DNA of 60,240 bases from Intoshia linei. Lineage: Eukaryota > Animalia > Orthonectida. Below, piece after piece: positions 1 through 13,132 of this stretch. Both the position numbers and the translations under genes were made by a program. The stretch's first letter is position 1; the number at the start of each line of letters is the position of its first letter. The notes below the pieces were generated by a model. That model did not search any database and had not been told where the DNA came from. It worked only from the letters and a program-made list of their open reading frames with translations. The stretch is taken from contig LWCA01000073.1 in NCBI GenBank assembly GCA_001642005.1, positions 1-60,240 on the forward strand, given 5' to 3'.

Positions 1-99
1 ATAAAAATACATCTATAAGCAAATATACTTTTTGATCTTTAAAAAAGTGGACACTCTAATGTACAACACAATGGAAATTATAAATTAATAAGTTTTGGA

Positions 100-238
100 A
101 CCACTTATTTAATGGATTGATAATAGTCAATGGTAGCATTTTTCAGTTAGATTTTCTTAAATAATGTATTTTTGGATAGAATAAAAATTTTTCCTCGGTG
201 GAGCTAGATGTTGTTGTACGTACATAACAGTCAACTAG
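100..238 (+). mobile_element. Helitron family A, 3' terminal fragment
   Basis: Ends ...GAGCTAGATGTTGTTGTACGTACATAACAGTCAACTAG|T; matches the 3' end of the full copy at 37875-39170 (subterminal hairpin, CTAG followed by T). Start approximate. Confidence 0.75.
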
Positions 239-651
239 TTGTAAATAAAATTATGCATTAACATCAGTGTACTTTATCATAAGAGAAAATGTTTGAAATA
301 TGATCTGATTATTTCATTTATATTAATAATACATTACCCTAAAAATAAGTCACATAAAATAATTAAATATACCATATATTATTAATTATAATTTAATTTA
401 ATATTACCTCCTGTACCTATTTTCTTATTTGTCTGTTTTTTACAAATGTAGTCTTTTTATCATAAAAAAAGATTTCAAATAAAAAAATAATCATTGAAAA
501 ATACATTTATTTAAATTATCTTTATTGGAATAATAATTACAATATTTTACGCTAGTTCTTTCTACTATTGTATAAACAATATGAAGTGATATTCGTTGAA
601 ATGAAGATGAGCATATTAATGTAAATTATATGTAAAGTATAATACAATGTA

Positions 652-1581
652 CTAGGTTGACTGACACTTTATAAACATATTTCAGGTGAATTTTACTAAT
701 ATTGCAAAGGATTGTAATAAATATAAAAATGATAATAACAAAGTTGTAATACTTTTAGTTTCGTTGTGGTAGTTTTTATTTAAATTTTATGCAAAATGTT
801 TTGAAAATGAGAATTTAAAAATTGCGAAAGAATTAATTATATAGATTTTCACCCATATTTCTTTGTTGTAAATGTGTAGACGTTCAATGCACATTTTTTT
901 TGAAATTTTAAAATGAATATTTTTTGAATTTTTATTTTAATCGAAATATTTGAAAAATATTGGTTGATAATATATTAAAAATATTTTTAATTGGGAATGC
1001 GTAGATTTCTGGGGTTAAAATTTTATATTTATATCAACTGGAATAAACTCTATCAGAATAATTTTTTTTTTTTTAATTTTTGGAATGCTAATTATTTCAT
1101 ATTTTTAGTTTTAATAAAATATTTCGGAAAAAAATATATGAAAACTGAAATGCTTTTTTGACCATGAAGGCGTTATTTATTCAGATTGAAATTTTTTGTG
1201 TGTGTTAACAGGATACAACTGTACCATCTGTAAATTTTTGTAAATTCTAGGGCTGTTTTCATAAAAAAAAGGGTAATTTATGGTTTTGGCCCTGAAGATG
1301 TAATTTTTTTAAAATTAAATTATAATGTTTATGATTTTAAAATCCGTATCAGCGTATATATTTTTTTAAATCTTCCAACTCGTTTGATTTTTAAAAAAAA
1401 AGGACAATTGGGGTTTTTGACCCGTAAGGTGTGAGTTTGGGAGGTTGAAATTTATCTTTTTATAACCCGGAAAAAACTGTAATTGAAATATGGACTTTAT
1501 AAAATTTTAAAAAGTAGTTATTGAAATAAAGTGGAACACACACACAAACAAATATTGCGTAGCATATTATATAAGTAAGGA
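652..1581 (-). mobile_element. Helitron family A, internally deleted copy
   Basis: Reverse complement of 37875-39170; minus strand begins TCCTTACTTATATAATATGCTACGC and ends CTAG at 652-655, with ~350 nt near the 3' end deleted. Confidence 0.8.
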
Positions 1582-2360
1582 CTACAATTTAACTTTTTAT
1601 AATACAATTTTTGCTACCTCTGTCCACCCTGTTGATAAATATTTTTTAATACATTTTCGTAATGTATTCTCACTGTAGATATTTTGGAAATTATAATAAG
1701 AATTGTTGAAGGTACTGTTTTCAGTATAATTTAAAAATAATTAATTATATATACAATGTTTAAATTAAACATAATGTAAGTATAAATATCAATTAGTGTA
1801 ATAATGGAATCCATAGGTTAAATCTTTTTATTTAAAATGTACAAAATTATGCTATGCACGATATTAAATGATATGTGCAATATGAGAATATAAATACTAA
1901 TGATTAATATTGATCTCATTTTGAATAAGGTCATGACACAATATTAGTAGAATAAAATGAAATAAAAATTTATTAAATTAAATTTTGGCCAAGATGGTAA
2001 ATAAACTATAGAAAAAATAGGTCATAAATTTTGGTAATTATGTGTATCACATGAGAATTATCAAATTGGTTTAAACTTAATAATATAATATTGATTTTTA
2101 AATTTTTATTGTAAAAGACATACTTTTCTATATATTTTTTTTCAATTTTTCCATATAATCTTGATTACTTTTAATTATACTAAAATTAAATTATGGTAAA
2201 TAATCAACACAAGCACATCCCAAAATATGTCAAGCATTGAATACATTCTCATAATAAATTAAATAACGCATATAGCTACAATTACAATATAATTGCAAGT
2301 ATGCATTGAAACGCAAAAGTATCTTTAACATAATTGAATATATTAAATTTTTCATTTCTC

Positions 2361-5300
2361 ATGACGAAGGAACAAGTATATACTGAAAGAGTTCCAGGTA
2401 TCGGTGAACATTTGAATAAAATAATGGCTAAAACATCTTCTACAGAAAGTCAAACAACTTTTTCATCTGGTAAAAACGATTTAAATACAAATTCTAGCCA
2501 ATTTACTGTACTAATGAATGAAACAAAGGCTACTGTCGAATTTACACGTTTGATTAAAGATGAAAAATTATGTTCTAATGAAGAAAATGTGGATCAAATT
2601 AATCATCATAGTACGCAAAAATATTCCGATAGCAGTATGAAAAGTTTCAAAATTGCTCATTCTCAAAATCAAACTGATAAATTTCATAAAAATAATTTTA
2701 AATCTCATCAAAATTTTAAAGAAAATAAAAAAAAAACTTTTGATTCAGAAATTACTTTAAGTAGTATGGGACTCGTTTTTGCTTGTTTTTATATTCATGT
2801 CTCAATGGATGGTATGGCTTACAGTTTTTCAGTTATTATGCCACGTTTATCAGCTTATTATGATACTAAACTTTCATTATTATCATTGATGGGCTCATTT
2901 CAATATTCCATAATTTTCTTTACAGGTATTTTTATCATCATTTATTTATTCATTTACACCTTATTTTAATTTAAATTTTCAATTAATTTTAGGTCCATTT
3001 TCCAGTGCTCTTATTAAAAAGTTTGGCTGTAAAAATGTAGCATATGCCGGCTCAATGTATTTTTATTTTTATTTGACTATATCATTTACCATTTAGAATA
3101 TCTAGTACAGTTCTGCTTTCATCCTATTTCATAACCTCTTTTGAACTACTATTTCTTGCATATACTATAATTGGTACATTAATAATAATCATAATAATAC
3201 ATAGTAATTCATATAGATATCTTTTTACATTATCTTTGATTGGAAGGTCGAAAATTTTTCTCAGGGTCAAGTTAATAAATAATGTATAACATTTTTTATA
3301 TCCCAATAATAATAATAATACCCAATGGGTATTATACATACAAAATACATATAATTCATTCACTGAATTATATTTTAAAATAGAGGAAACCATTATTTAA
3401 CATGTTAATAAATCATAGATATATAAACTAACAATTATTAAGTACACATCAAAAATATTATCAAAAATATATATCATAAATAATAGAAGGGAATCTAATC
3501 CATTGATACCAATATCATGAAATTTGTGACTGTCTTTATCACGTAGATTTAAAAATTTAAAAATTTAAAAACAGTTAAAAAATTGCATCATTTACTCATT
3601 GCCCTTACATCAGTAAATACAAATTAAAGAAAAGGTACCAGCTTATAAACATTGTTTTGAAAAAATTCAAAATAAATCTCCTCATCCTACTATATACGTA
3701 GTGTCTTAATGTTTAAACAATGAAAGATCATTTTTTTTTAAATTAAAAAAATTGTGCCCCTAGAAAATTGGTCGCCAAATTTCTCCAAAATAATAAATCT
3801 ATGATATTTCTATCCATATCTCTTTATTGGAAATGTGTAGACCAGAGGTGGTGAAGCATTTAATGTTTGAACGCCGCACTAACGTTCCAAAAAAATTTAA
3901 TAAGGGCGCACCCTTATAAATAAAATGTAATCAAATACAGCATTCCTTCTCATGTTTGACCTCAAGGGAAATAATTTTATTAGAGGTGAATACGAAAATT
4001 TTAGATGATTGAGATGAATGATACCAATATTTTTTTAATAAATCGTATTTTACCAAACTTTTAGATCAAAAATCTCTCTATCTGATCCCAAAAGAAAACA
4101 CCTAATTTTACTAACCCTTAACGAAAAAAACCGCTTTTAACAATATTTTTATGAAAAATCCCATTTTACCAAATATTAATATTTTTAAAATAATTCAAAT
4201 TATTCAGAAGGTCGCAACAAATCTTCAATAAGGCCATACTTTCTCCGCCTCCGGTGTAGACGTTAAATAGACTTTTTTTTAAATTGTAAAATTAATATTT
4301 ACATTGTTAATCCAAACATTTGAAAAATATGGGTTGATAATATATTAAAAATTATTTTTCACCGGGAATGCGAGGATTTATGGGGTAAAATTTTGTGTTT
4401 ATATCAACTGGAATAATCTGTATCAGATAAATCTTTTTTTAATTGTAGGTAGATATTGTGATTTCCCGGAAAATGACAAAAGTCGAGAACCGGGAAATTA
4501 AAAATTAAATTTTCCGAATCCCGGGAATTTGCCGCAAAAACTAAAAAAGTTTTTTATTTATATATAATATAGAAGCATTAAAAATTTTAGAAACCTTAAT
4601 TAATTTTAGAAACAAAAAGAAATTTAATTAATGAAATAACACGAATCTAGATTGAAATTTACAAATTTAATTAGAAAAAAAATTGATTTATTTTATATTA
4701 TTGTAAAAGTGTTTCAAAACATACCTAATATTGATAGATTCGTAATTTAAACGCGTTCTACGTTTTGTAACAAAANGCAGTAGAGAAATTTCTTTTATTT
4801 TGTGTTGACGTAGGTTCAACGGACATAATGAGCTTCCTTTAATTTTAACAATCTTGATGATAGCGTTCCAGTTCGTAACAACTCACATATTTTTCAAAAT
4901 AATATTGGAAAAAGAGAATAATTCCCTTAAGCATTAGTAATTTGTGGTTGGAATATGAGGTTTTTAAAAAAAGTATTAGAAAAAGGATATTTTTCTATTA
5001 AGGCTGGAAAATTAGATTTTTTATTTGTGGTTTGATGAAGTGTTATTATGAAGATAAAATATTTCGGAAAAAAAATATACGAATACTAAAATGCTTTTTT
5101 GATCGTGAAGTCATCACTTATTCGGATTGAAATTTTTTGGTGTGTGTGTTAACAGGATACAACTGTACCACCTGAAATTTTTTTAAATTCTAGGACTGTA
5201 TTCATTAAAAAAGGTTCATTTGGGGTTTTGGTCATAAAGATGTAAGTTTAGGAGGTTGAAATTTATATTATATGTCCCGGAAAAAACTGTAATTGTCCTG

Positions 5301-8300
5301 TTTTTTAAAAATTGAAATGTGGACTTTATAAAATTCTAAGACTGGTAGTTATTTCAATAAAGTCACATTCAAATATTGCGTAGCATATTATATAAGTAAG
5401 GAAAGGATTATATAAGTAAATGATATAAATTTACATTTTGTTAAAATAACACTAGTAAATTGTATCATTTCCCAATCCTTTTGAAGACTTGATCAAATAT
5501 TACTTTTTGAGTAAAATAATTTATTTTACAATTTTTCGCCATTTTTTGTACATTTTTCGGAAAAATTTCTAAAATATTACACCTTAAAACAATTGCAACG
5601 TTTAAAAACTGTTTCTATTCGCTTAGACAGGAAAACACTGAATTTTCATCATAATAGTCTAATTCCTAATATATTTGTACTTGAAAAACTCCAATTTAAT
5701 AAAAATCAAGTTTTACTTCTTAAAAATTTTAAAGATTATTATTTCTTAATTTTCAAAAAAGGGGTCATTTGAATTTTTGCCCATGATGCAAATTTTTGAG
5801 TTTCAATTACACCTAATTTCTCTATCAGAAAAGATGGAGCGAGAGATCATTTTAAAAAAAGGATAATTGGGGTTTTTGACCATAGAGGTCTAAGTTTCTG
5901 AAAAAGAAATTATCGATAAAAATCTAATCAAAACTGTTTTAGAAAATGATTTTTTTTAAACTTTACGTCTCTTACTTTATTAAATTAAGGTTAACAAACA
6001 GACATTAATTTTCAGTTAAATTAAATTGTACTTAACATAAGTAAAAATATTTTAAAATTATATCATGTTATCAACCCCTTGGTACATTTGTATCAATATT
6101 ATTGACACAACAATGATTGACATTTTTAATATTGTTAATAATTTAGGTATGGGACTTGGATTAGTATACTTTGCAACGATAATTGCCGTTACACTACATT
6201 TTTTTAAATGGCGTGCTCTAATGACGGGTTTAGCAGTTTGTGGAGCTGGAGTAGGAAATTTCATTATGCCGCCAATAGTGACAGCAGTATTGGCTTTAGC
6301 TGATAAAAACGGACAAGTTGGTAGCAATGTAAAATATATCCATTTAATGTACGGGTGTATTAATTTGATAACATATGTATCAAATTATTTTATAAAAAAT
6401 ATTTCAACATCTTCTGTTTCCTCCATCAAATCGAATGAAACATTGTTAGAATCGGAAGTTTTTGAAATGAAAGATACAAATAACCATCAAATCAATACAG
6501 TTGATTCGTCGTTGATCAACCAAAACGACTCATCTTGTGAATCCGACTATGAAACTCTTTCTTCAATACAAGAAACGAATATACGTACACGAACTCAATC
6601 GGAACGTATTCCTAAGTTTGGTTATCATGATATACACATGTCGGTTAAAAAAATTGATAAAATACACAATAAACCTAAAAATTCCACTCCATCTACAGCA
6701 ATTTCAATTGATAATAAAATAAAACAGGATAATGTACATACGGATTTTATTAGACGAAAAGATAAAAGACATTATATTTCTCCACTTTACACGAGTCTCT
6801 TATCAAAAATTGGTCAATCTATAACTTCAATAAATAAACATAAAAAAAACCATCAAAGTTATAAAGTTGAATCTGACAGAGATACAAATGATATGGATAA
6901 CAACATCTTCAAGCTCAAATCATATCTTTCTATCGATGACAGACCCGATATTTTTTACAGTGGAAGCATGTACCATCTTTCCAATGTTAATAATTCACGA
7001 ACTCATATAATACCTTTTAAAAGTGATAGAGTTGATCATGCTACAGAAAAAGAACATTTAGTAGATAAGGATTCAGATATACCTGAGGTTTCAATTGTTT
7101 CATATGAAAAAGATGAAATTATACCAGAATTTGAAAAAAAAAGTCGGCTTCAAAGTGTTACACATTTCCTACTTGATATTTTCCAATTACATTTATTACG
7201 ATACCCCATTCTTATCGTATTACTCATTTCTAATGCATGTTTTATGTTAGGTATATTCACACCCTTTTATTTTCTTGTTTCAATGTGCACTGATCTAGGA
7301 TATTCGCTAAATAAATCCATGATATTGATTTCCATAATTGGTAATAATATAATTTTTTAGTAACGTATATTTTTGATACAAAGAGGTTATAAAATAAAAA
7401 ATCAAAAAATTTAATTATTATCGCCAGTTCAGCAGTCTGCCATATAGTTACATTATTTCTATATAACGCAATTCATTGCATCCCATTATTCGTAAATCCT
7501 AATTTTTTTTAAATTTTTTTGAAAAAATAAAAATTATCATAATTGAAAAATAGGGGGGACCAAGGCATGAAAATATTTTTTTGATTTATTTTTAAAAATG
7601 GTTGGCGAATAGTGTAAACTGGTCAACAACGCAGATTTTGTATGAAAATCAAAATAACTACAGTTATTTTTATACGAATGACAGACTCCATGTAATTAGT
7701 GTTATTATATTAACATATATAGTCAACTAAATTAGTAGATAGTGATACAATATTAAATTTAATTATAATTTAAGGTGGAACTAACATAATAAGCCGTCTT
7801 TTTGCTGGATTTATAACATCGAAATTGCCAAAATGTTCCTTGTTATTTCACAATGTTAGCATGATAGTAATGGGACTAACCACATTAATCCTTCCATTTA
7901 TAGCAAATTATTACACAATGGTACTATATTCAATAGTATTCGGTGTTTGTTTTGGTATAAATAAATTGTAATAATAATTAATTGTATTTTAGCAACAATA
8001 ATAACTTTAACATCAATAATTATGACCGATTTATTAGGAGTGGAAGTACTGACTAGCGCATTTGGTATATTATTTTTTGTGCGTGGAGTTACACTCATGA
8101 TAGGAACACCAATTGGAGGTAAATTTAAAAATTATTACATCAAGGACTTTCAAACTGGAAAGCAGTCGCATAGTTCCTCTATTCAAATATATTACTCCGT
8201 TATATTGTATACAGTATACGGGTAGCGTGTAAAATTAATAAAATTTGATAATTTTAAAAGTAGAGTTACCCAAATGTGCAAATCTCGGACCCTACATTAT

Positions 8301-11300
8301 TTAATATTGTAATATTATTATATTGAAAAAATTGTGTAGATTTCAATAATAGTCAATTGAACCTTGTTATTCATAAAATTTATTTTTTTTATGATTTTTT
8401 ATAAAGTTAATTTTTAAGCTGTAGACTTTTTGAAGTGTGCTAAACATACGTCAAGTGCGTATTTTTAATACGAAAACACATATTTGGCCATTACTGCCCA
8501 TAGAAATGACTAATTTTTAATTCTATGGTAAATTTAACATTTATATGGATCAACATTAATTTAATAAAATAAATTGTATTAAAATTTATTATGAATAAAT
8601 CCACCGTCCATTCTCTAGAGCGACATTCGTTGGAGCGATACATCTTAGAGCAGCGGTTCCCAACATACTTCACAGTTGGTACCCCAAACTGAAAAAAAAT
8701 AATTTCGTACATCATAAATAATTTAAATTTAATGTAATTATAACATCATATGAATTCAAAAAATTGTATTAACAAATTTAAAATTATTAAAACTCTGACC
8801 AAACCAAGACCAAAAATAGATATCTGAAAAATTGTTAATGATTGAACTATCAGAATCGTGACGTACATATATTTAATATGCAATCTTAAAATCACAGATA
8901 CTATCAAATAGACGTAAATACATAAGGAACTCAGTAATGTATATTATTACAAATTAACTTTTATTTTCAATTTTTTGGGGAATTTAAAAAATATGTATAA
9001 TTTATGAGTCATAGTATCAGACGATCTGGTACCCCATAGGGCATGGGTTCTTAACCTTTTTCGATTTTTCACCGTTTACAGCGACACATTAAGCGGACCA
9101 CTTTACTATAAAAAAAAAGCCGACAATAGACCAACTGTGAAAAACAGACCACTTTTTTCAAAATTTCAAGATTTTCATTACTCTTACGTTTTTTCTATAT
9201 AAATGACGTGTGTATAATATACACTGTATATGTGACTATACAAGAAATAAACATTTAATAATAAAATTTAATAAGAAGCGGACCATGTTTTGAAAAATTT
9301 GAAATTTCATTAAAACAAAAGAAATTGCTGGAGGCGATTCGGATAGAAAAATTACTAAAAAATCGATACATACAATGATTTAAAACTTACCACCGAATGA
9401 ATCTGATATTACAAATGAAATTCATAATATTAAAGAAATTTAAAAAACAATTTTTATTATCAATGGGAAAATTTTTAAATCAATGAATACATTTTAAAAT
9501 TTAAGAAAGGTTAAATTATCCCGTTACTTAATTTTTACAGAAAATGTGTAAAATAATGTGAGTTAAAAACTGTTTCGTATTTGAATCTCCATTATAATTA
9601 TAAAAATAAGTTTAAAATTAAAAAATCAACATGGACCAGTTGCTAAAAGTGGTCCGCTTAATGTGTTGCTCGTAGCGATTTGCTACTGTATGTAAAAAAC
9701 ATAAAAATATTTAATATTTAAAAATGTTAAATTAATAAACAAAATTTGACATTAATTTATTAATAATTTAATTTTCGAAACTTGCTTTAAAAATAGTTTA
9801 AAAAATATTTCTGTAAAATGATTTTTATTCAAAATTTTTCTGGTACCCAAAAAACTAGTGTGGCACAACTCGTTTAAGAACATGCCCTAGGGCAGTGGTT
9901 GACAAACTACGGCCCGCGAGATCATGCTTCATACTTATGTTTACATTTAAATTTTGAAATTGATTGTTTACATTGTATAATTTTACAACATGTCACATTA
10001 AATGTTAATTATCTAAATTTAATGATATAAAAATTACATTTTTTGGTTCGTTTTATCAGTAGTTGAACAAAAAAAATATTTTTATTATTTACCAATAATA
10101 GGCTAATTTTTGTTCAAATTTGATCAAATTTTCTTTTATTGTTTGCATAGATATAATTATAAATACGTACAATTTTGAAACTTTATAAACACAATTAATA
10201 ATTAAAATGCACTCCAAAAATAAAAATTGTTAATTATTCAAATGGAATTTGGACACTTTAATATTTAAAAAAAGCAATCAAATTTACAAGCTAAAATAGA
10301 ATTTCATCAATTTAAATTGTTCCATGTGTATTCACGAAATTTGTTCGGCCCGCGACATAATTATACGTGTGCAATGCGGCCCGCATATCAATAAGTTTGC
10401 CCACCACTGCCCTAGGGGTACCAAACCCATTTGGTAATTGCTGTCTTAAAGCGATATAATCATCGATTTTACTAATTTATCATATTATTGATTTTTTCAC
10501 GAAATTTTAGTGAGTTTCTTTATTCATATTTATTTATTACTATCTTATATCATAATTTTGGGACCTAAATTTTGTAGGGTTTTTAAGGGAATATTTTTTT
10601 CTATATTATAATAAGATTTAAGGGAAGTTTTAGTTTTCCAAATTTTTATAAATTTTGAAATAATTTTGATTCCAAGATTTGGTAGGGTTGAGGGGACATT
10701 TTTTCATCCAATTTTTAAAGATGTTCAAGATAATTTTAGCACCAAAATTCTGTAGGTTTTTAAGGGAAGTATTTTTTTACCCATTTTTTAAAAAATTTGA
10801 AGATAATTTTGATCCCAAGATTTGGTAGGATTAAGGGAACATTTTTTTCACCCAATTTTTAAAAATTTTGGTCCCAAGATTTGGTAGGGGTGTTCCTTCA
10901 AAATTTTAATCATTGTCATTAAAGAAACCACAAAAATATTTTCAAAAAACAAAATCAATTATGTCATTATAAGCTGTATCACTCTAACAATACGTCGCTC
11001 AAATGAATGTTCGCCAATAAATCAATTTTACCAAATTATACCAAAAACACTTGAAAAAATACTCATCCAATTTTATGAAATACAGGGAAAATTATAATTT
11101 TTTCGAGCCCGGGAGAAATTAAACATATTATAGTCAATGACCAACCTGGGTCAGTGTGGGGCCCGTTCGTGAAGCGTTTGAATAATTCTTTTGAATATGA
11201 GTATATTAACACTATGCCTGTTATAAACTTCATATTCAGTATTTGGAAAATATAGAAATGCTAACAAGTTGCAAAAGTTACCACCCGTATAGTGTTAAAA

Positions 11301-11538
11301 GTTATTATCGCTAAATTACGAAATTATTTAAAAGTAAAATTAAATTTTGTTATTTTCAATTTTAGGATACATATATGAAACAACAAAATCATTCATTGGA
11401 CCATTTGTATTATCAGGAGTGTTAATATCGATTGCTGGATTAATATCATTAAGCTTACATAATCAAAGATTTATAAATCTACACATACACATTGTAGATA
11501 AATATTCAAAAGATAAAAATGAAATTTATATTCATTAA
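2361..11538 (+). CDS. Monocarboxylate transporter (SLC16/MFS), invertebrate large-loop type; 7 exons: 2361-2925, 2993-3056, 3097-3173, 6147-7340, 7775-7954, 7993-8118, 11366-11538
   Basis: Phase-compatible GT-AG splicing gives TGPFSSALIKKFGCKNVAYAGS, GMGLGLVYFATIIAVTLHFFKWRALMTGLAVCGAGVG, loop motif RPDIFYSGS, DLLGVEVLTSAFG...GTPIGGYIYETTKSF, all typical of MCTs. Confidence 0.92.
3843..4253. mobile_element. hAT (Buster-like) MITE
   Basis: TIRs CAGAGGTGGTGAAG / CTTTCTCCGCCTCCG; perfect 8-bp TSD GTGTAGAC at 3835-3842 and 4254-4261. Confidence 0.85.
4700..4830 (-). pseudogene. hAT transposase C-terminal dimerisation domain remnant
   Basis: Minus-strand translation IMSVEPTSTQNKRNFSTA/FVTKRRTRLNYESINIRYVLKHFY resembles the PxTSxxxERxFS...KxRxRL motif; frameshifted. 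Confidence 0.6.
9042..9884. mobile_element. hAT MITE
   Basis: TIRs CATGGGTTCTTAAC / GTTTAAGAACATG; TSD CCATAGGG (9034-9041) / CCCTAGGG (9885-9892). Confidence 0.75.
9079..9672. mobile_element. Tc1/mariner-type non-autonomous element
   Basis: TIRs CAGCGACACATTAAGCGGACCACTTT / AAAGTGGTCCGCTTAATGTGTTGCTCG, flanked by TA on both sides. Confidence 0.85.
9893..10409. mobile_element. hAT (Charlie/Buster-like) MITE
   Basis: TIRs CAGTGGTTGACAAACT / AGTTTGCCCACCACTG; subterminal CGGCCCGC repeats; perfect TSD CCCTAGGG (9885-9892, 10410-10417). Confidence 0.88.
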
Positions 11539-11559
11539 TAAAATTTTATTTTCCAAAAA

Positions 11560-12713
11560 TTAATATCTAGGTTTTTTTGTTGGTTTAACGAATATTAATT
11601 TACGAGTTTGTAAAACGGACCATTTAAGTTTCATTATGTAAAAAACCATTGGCAATATCAAAGGAGTAACAAGTAAAAATTTTAAACCCATTCTATTTCG
11701 ATCTTCGTGTCTTCTATTACCAAGATATGATAAAAATGTGACAACGTCTTTAGCTAATTGACTTTTGGAAGGAACGGTACCTAATTAAATTTAAAATGAT
11801 AAAAAACCTGAAAATACCATCATCATATTCTATACGACTATCACTTAAAGGAGGTTCCATAGATAATTTTCCTCCAACAAAATAAGGATTGTAATACATG
11901 CCTTCGTCGACTTCTTCACCTGGAGGAGGATCGCAATAACCAGTCAACAAAGAAAATACATAATCCTTAAAATGTAAAAATTAAATTATAAAAAAATAAA
12001 TACTTCTCCACCCTCTCTAGCTAAAACAATATGAGATAAATCCGGAGGTAAAGCTCCATTGTTGGCTGCTTTAGCAGCATTGTCATTTGCATATGGCAAT
12101 GGTAAAGCATCAAATAATTTGCCAGGTCTAGTAAACATGTTTCCCTTATTGTCAGGCCCATCAGTTACAATAGCCTAATAAAATTGCAAAAAATAAAAAT
12201 TGACACTCACTTCTGCAGCAATATCTTTGGCTTCTTCGGAGGTGCAAAATGTTTCGTTTAAATGACGGAAGCAATAATCTTTAACAGAATGACAAGACGC
12301 ACAAACCTGTTGATAAACTTGAAATCCACGACGTACACTAAAATATCAAATAAATTACATTTGAAGTAATACTAAACAACATCATAAATAGTTACATTTA
12401 ATTAAAAAATCAATAATTAACTAATCACCTTTGTTTATCATGAACATGTAAAAAACCTTTAAAAAACCAAGGTTGTTTTGGAGGGTGAAGAATCAATTCA
12501 TAAGCATTTAATGATATTGTTGACACTCCAACAAAACCAAAACCGAATAAAACACAAAAAAGTTTCTAAATAAAAATTAATTATTTTTATTAATTATCAT
12601 CTTTAATAAATTTTATATTTACATGTTAATATCATAAATATTTTCATTTTAAATAAATATACCTTTTTAGAACTAAAATTATTAAATTTTGATAAGGTCT
12701 TTTTTATATTCAT
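11560..12713 (-). CDS. CYC1: Cytochrome c1, heme protein, mitochondrial (multi-exon)
   Basis: Spliced: [10 protein letters not shown]...LHPPKQPW...[16 protein letters not shown] (CxxCH heme motif)...[12 protein letters not shown]...LLTGYCDPP...[17 protein letters not shown]...EYDDGT...[10 protein letters not shown]...[14 protein letters not shown]. Confidence 0.96.
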
Positions 12714-13132
12714 GGCTATTACACTAGTCTTGGAGAAATATACAATATATTACCTCGTCTTTAATGTACAAATAACTTTATCAAAATGTTTATTTGCAAT
12801 ATTACTATCTCAATAATATATTGCCGAACATCAAAATTTTAAATTTGTAGTAGAGATTTGTATTAAATTTTAAGACTATGTAATGAAATTAAATGAATAA
12901 AATTACAATTTAACGTAATTAAAAATAAAAATGTCTACATTGTAGACTCTACATATGGCCCATGTGGGATACATCTTTAGATAAAAAACCATGAATCCGC
13001 CAAGGTTAAAAAAAGTTTTTAAATTTACAGTTTAAGTTAAACTTATCATGAATACATTTGATGATAATTTTATTTTGATAAAAATTAATATTAAAATATA
13101 CATTTATTTTACTTTACAAACTTTTTATATTG

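Larger units (their letters stand above)
3797..5402 (-). mobile_element. Helitron family A copy interrupted by two insertions (MCT intron 3)
   Basis: Colinear with 840-1581 once 3843-4253 and ~4449-5050 are removed; ends ...GCGTAGCATATTATATAAGTAAGGA. Confidence 0.75.
8651..10443. mobile_element. hAT MITE (host to further insertions)
   Basis: TIRs CAGCGGTTCCCAA / TTGGTAATTGCTG; TSD TCTTAGAG (8643-8650) / TCTTAAAG (10444-10451). Confidence 0.8.
8604..11016. mobile_element. Outer TIR element with ~60-bp minisatellite (10555-10890); host of nested insertions
   Basis: Imperfect terminal inverted repeats (GAGCGACATTCGTTGGAGCGATAC vs GTATCACTCTAACAATACGTCGCTC); related copy at 21628-22275. Confidence 0.6.

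Noticed and set aside
1925-2025. AGGTCA/RORE-like half-sites upstream of MCT
   Set aside because: Short AT-rich motifs expected by chance; no supporting context.
10555-10890. CRISPR-like regularly spaced repeats (also 13590-14040, 46725-46892, 58250-58480)
   Set aside because: Degenerate tandem minisatellites without unique spacers, located inside eukaryotic MITEs; no cas genes.
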